Source: Trichodesmium erythraeum IMS101 | GTDB taxonomy: Bacteria; Cyanobacteriota; Cyanobacteriia; Cyanobacteriales; Microcoleaceae | Direction of reading: 5' to 3' | Length of the DNA stretch: 32,000 nucleotides | NCBI RefSeq assembly: GCF_000014265.1 | Contig: NC_008312.1 | Span: 6,270,001 to 6,302,000, forward strand | Shown: piece after piece, positions 29,635 to 32,000 of the stretch | Position numbering within the stretch: position 1 is the first letter of the stretch | Layout of the letters: every line of letters starts with the position of its first letter | The notes under the pieces: model-generated | What the model saw: only the letters and a program-made list of their open reading frames with translations | Told to the model about the DNA's origin: nothing | Databases searched by the model: none | Translations under genes and position numbers: made by a program

Positions 29635-30399
29635 ATGGGATTATTTGATCGGATTAGTCGTATCTTCAGAGCTAATGTTAATGAGATGGTCAATAACGCT
29701 GAAGACCCTCAAAAGATTTTAGAACAGTCTATTCTTGATATGCAAGAAGACTTGGTTCAGTTGCGCCAAGCAGTTGCTAGTGGTATTGCTACTCAGAAGC
29801 GCACCCAACAACAGTACAACCAAGCTGAGTCTCAAGCTAAACAATGGTACTCCCGAGCACAGTTAGCTCTGCAAAAGGGAGATGAAAATTTGGCAAAGGA
29901 AGCTCTACAGCGTAAAAATACTTATTCTCAGACAGCTAACACTATAAAAGTATCTTTAGAGAGTCAAACATCTCAGGTGGAAACCCTAAAAAGAAATCTA
30001 ACAGCTTTAGAAGGCAAGATTTCTGAAGCTAAGGCTAAGAAAGATATTTTGAACGCGAGATTAAAAGCTGCTAAAACTCAGGAGCAACTAAATAACACAA
30101 TAGGTTCTCTTAATAATAGCGGAGCAATGGCTGCTTTTGAACGGATGGAAGAAAAGGTGTTTCAAATGGAGGCTCGTTCCCAAGCTTCAGCAGAATTAGC
30201 TGGTGTTGGCTTAGAAGAGGATTTTCGAAAGTTAGAAGCTAGTAGTGATGTTGATGATGAGTTGGCAGCGATGAAAGCAAAACTGGTAGGGGGTTCAGTA
30301 AACCAGAGTCAATTACCAGCTTCATCACAAGGGTCAGCAGAAAAATCGGTTGTTGATGATGAACTAGAGGATTTACGTAAACAACTTGACAAAACGTAA
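29635..30399 (+). CDS. vipp1: Vipp1 (IM30) thylakoid-biogenesis/membrane-remodelling protein, copy 1
   Basis: PspA/IM30 body (MGLFDRISRIFRANVNEMVNNAEDPQKILEQSILDMQEDL...) plus the Vipp1-specific C-terminal linker and helix (...QLPASSQGSAEKSVVDDELEDLRKQLDKT). Confidence 0.9.
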   Translation: MGLFDRISRIFRANVNEMVNNAEDPQKILEQSILDMQEDLVQLRQAVASGIATQKRTQQQYNQAESQAKQWYSRAQLALQKGDENLAKEALQRKNTYSQTANTIKVSLESQTSQVETLKRNLTALEGKISEAKAKKDILNARLKAAKTQEQLNNTIGSLNNSGAMAAFERMEEKVFQMEARSQASAELAGVGLEEDFRKLEASSDVDDELAAMKAKLVGGSVNQSQLPASSQGSAEKSVVDDELEDLRKQLDKT

Positions 30400-30480
30400 A
30401 CTTTATTTTAGATAAAAATTTTACCTTTAAGCAATACCTTTAGCTTTGATAGATATTTAGCTTTTCTGAGGAGAAATTCT

Positions 30481-30524
30481 ACGGGCACTAGTATAATTAT
30501 TGACTGGTACGTCCGTTTTTTTTA
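30481..30524 (+). terminator. Rho-independent terminator after vipp1 copy 1
   Basis: ACGGGCACTAGT...ACTGGTACGTCCGT forms an approximately 12-bp stem with a 2-nt bulge, followed by T8. Confidence 0.65.
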
Positions 30525-30672
30525 TCTCGGAGTATCCTTAGAATAATAATATTATAACTAAATACTTAATCATAACATCTAAAATCAAAAAAAATTAAAA
30601 AGTTACTATAGAAGGGCGAGGCAATAGAGGCAAACTTTTCGCGCTTTGTCAATTAAAAGGAAATATAAAATT

Positions 30673-31437
30673 ATGGGATTATTTGATCGGATTAGTCGTA
30701 TCGCTAGAGCTAATGTTAACGATATAGTAAATAAGGCTGAAGATCCTGAAAAGGTTCTAGAACAGTCTATTATTGATATGCAAGAAGACTTGGTTCAGTT
30801 GCGCCAGGCAGTTGCTAGTGCTATTGCTACTCAGAAGCGCACCCAACAACAGCACAAACAAGCTGAGTCTCAAGCTCAGCAATGGTACTCCCGAGCAGAG
30901 TTAGCTCTGAAAAAGGGAGATGATAATTTGGCAAAGGAAGCTCTACAGCGTAAGACAACTTATTCTGATACTGCTAGCACTATAAAAGTATCTTTAGAGA
31001 GTCAAACATCTCAGGTGGAAACCCTAAAAAGAAATCTAACAGCTTTAGAAGGCAAGATTTCTGAAGCTAAGGCTAAGAAAGATATTTTGAACGCGAGATT
31101 AAAAGCTGCTAAAACTCAGGAGCAACTAAATAACACAATAGGTTCTCTTAATACTAGCGGGGCAATGGCCGCTTTTGACAGGATGGAAGAAAAGGTACTT
31201 CAAATGGAGGCTCGTTCCCAAGCTTCAGCAGAATTAGCTGGTGCTGGCTTAGAAGAGGATTTTCGACAGTTAGAAGCTAATAGTGATGTTGATGATGAGT
31301 TGGCAGCGATGAAAGCAAAACTGGTAGGGGGTTCAGTAAACCAGAGTCAATTACCAGCTTCATCACAAGGGTCAGTAGAAAAACCGGTTGTTGATGATGA
31401 ACTAGAGGATTTACGTAAACAACTTGACAAAATGTAA
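30673..31437 (+). CDS. vipp1: Vipp1 (IM30), copy 2 (recent paralogue of 29635-30399)
   Basis: Same length and architecture as copy 1. The ATG at 30673 aligns with the copy 1 start and its upstream AATTAAAAGGAAA(G/T)ATAAAATT. The ORF-track TTG start at 30646 is probably not used. Confidence 0.9.
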   Translation: MGLFDRISRIARANVNDIVNKAEDPEKVLEQSIIDMQEDLVQLRQAVASAIATQKRTQQQHKQAESQAQQWYSRAELALKKGDDNLAKEALQRKTTYSDTASTIKVSLESQTSQVETLKRNLTALEGKISEAKAKKDILNARLKAAKTQEQLNNTIGSLNTSGAMAAFDRMEEKVLQMEARSQASAELAGAGLEEDFRQLEANSDVDDELAAMKAKLVGGSVNQSQLPASSQGSVEKPVVDDELEDLRKQLDKM

Positions 31438-31517
31438 ACTTTGTTTTACGCAAGTTTTAATTTTTCAGCAATACCTTTAGCTTTGATAAATATTTAGCTT
31501 TTCTGAGGACAAATTAT

Positions 31518-31558
31518 ACGGACGCTAGTATAGTCTTTGACTGGTGTGTCCGTTTTTT
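31518..31558 (+). terminator. Rho-independent terminator after vipp1 copy 2
   Basis: ACGGACGCTAGT...ACTGGTGTGTCCGT hairpin followed by TTTTTT. Homologous to the terminator of copy 1. Confidence 0.65.
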
Positions 31559-32000
31559 GCCTCTTACTTCCTTTAGGGAGCTAATTTAATTAATATTTAT
31601 TATAATATACGTCCCATAGCTACCTTTGGGATAGTGACTCATTACGAGACTTTAATTATCTTCCTGTTCGTCCACTTGTCAATCTCTGCTAGAAATCTCA
31701 CTCATTTGGTAGTTAGAGCTTTGATTCCATTTAGACCAGCTTCGGGGATTGATGTTCAATCTCTACCCCATGGCCTACCCTGTCAACCTAACAACAAGGC
31801 GATAGGAATTTCAACTATAAAGTAATAACAGTTATTCACAAGTCGAGTCTGTCCTCATGTAGTGACTTGGGACGGCCATTTATATCCTGATTGAAGGCTT
31901 AGTGGCCAACAATTCCCATACAATTTTCTAGTGCAGTGTCAGGTTAGTCAACTTTATCTTTATATAGCTTGTACAAATAGAAATCTCACTTTTTGGTATA

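Noticed and set aside
31634-31825. 63-aa ORF after vipp1 copy 2
   Set aside because: It has no recognisable family and begins at GTG. The region looks more like structured non-coding DNA. Kept only as part of a finding.
31800-31900. Possible tRNA, tmRNA, RNase P RNA or group II intron domain V in the GC-richer terminal region
   Set aside because: I could not find the conserved T-loop GTTCRANYC, the RNase P GGAAAGTCCGG core or the domain V consensus on either strand.

Overview
AT-rich cyanobacterial chromosomal segment. I count nine perfect HIP1 octamers (GCGATCGC). STRR-like heptamer repeats and phylloquinone and Vipp1 genes also point to a cyanobacterium. The low GC, long non-coding spacers and several pseudogenes resemble a Trichodesmium-like filamentous cyanobacterium or another eroding genome; that is inference only. 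Main content: (1) a Hanks-type Ser/Thr kinase fused to one TM helix and a 7-blade WD40 propeller, followed by a TMEM14-like membrane protein, a DUF815 AAA-type ATPase and a TerB-like protein. (2) A nearly complete but very loosely packed phylloquinone (men) cluster: DHNA-CoA thioesterase, menE, menC, menH, menA, menF and menD. menB and menG are absent from the window. The cluster is interrupted by msrB, a DUF3598 gene and four decayed genes (panE-like, SAM methyltransferase, SDR, VOC/glyoxalase-like). (3) A glutaredoxin and a small membrane protein. (4) A 3.3 kb ORF-free, extremely AT-rich gap. (5) An array of three PspA/IM30 paralogues: one PspA-type gene plus two recently duplicated Vipp1-type genes. 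I found no rRNA, tRNA, CRISPR array, transposase or recognisable defence system, and no convincing novel multi-gene system. The most unusual sequence-level signals are: repeated tandem duplications that each start inside the 3' end of an intact gene (menE, the DUF3598 gene, menD, possibly menC); the mosaic-identity vipp1 duplication; the pseudogene load among intact men genes; and the large gene desert.
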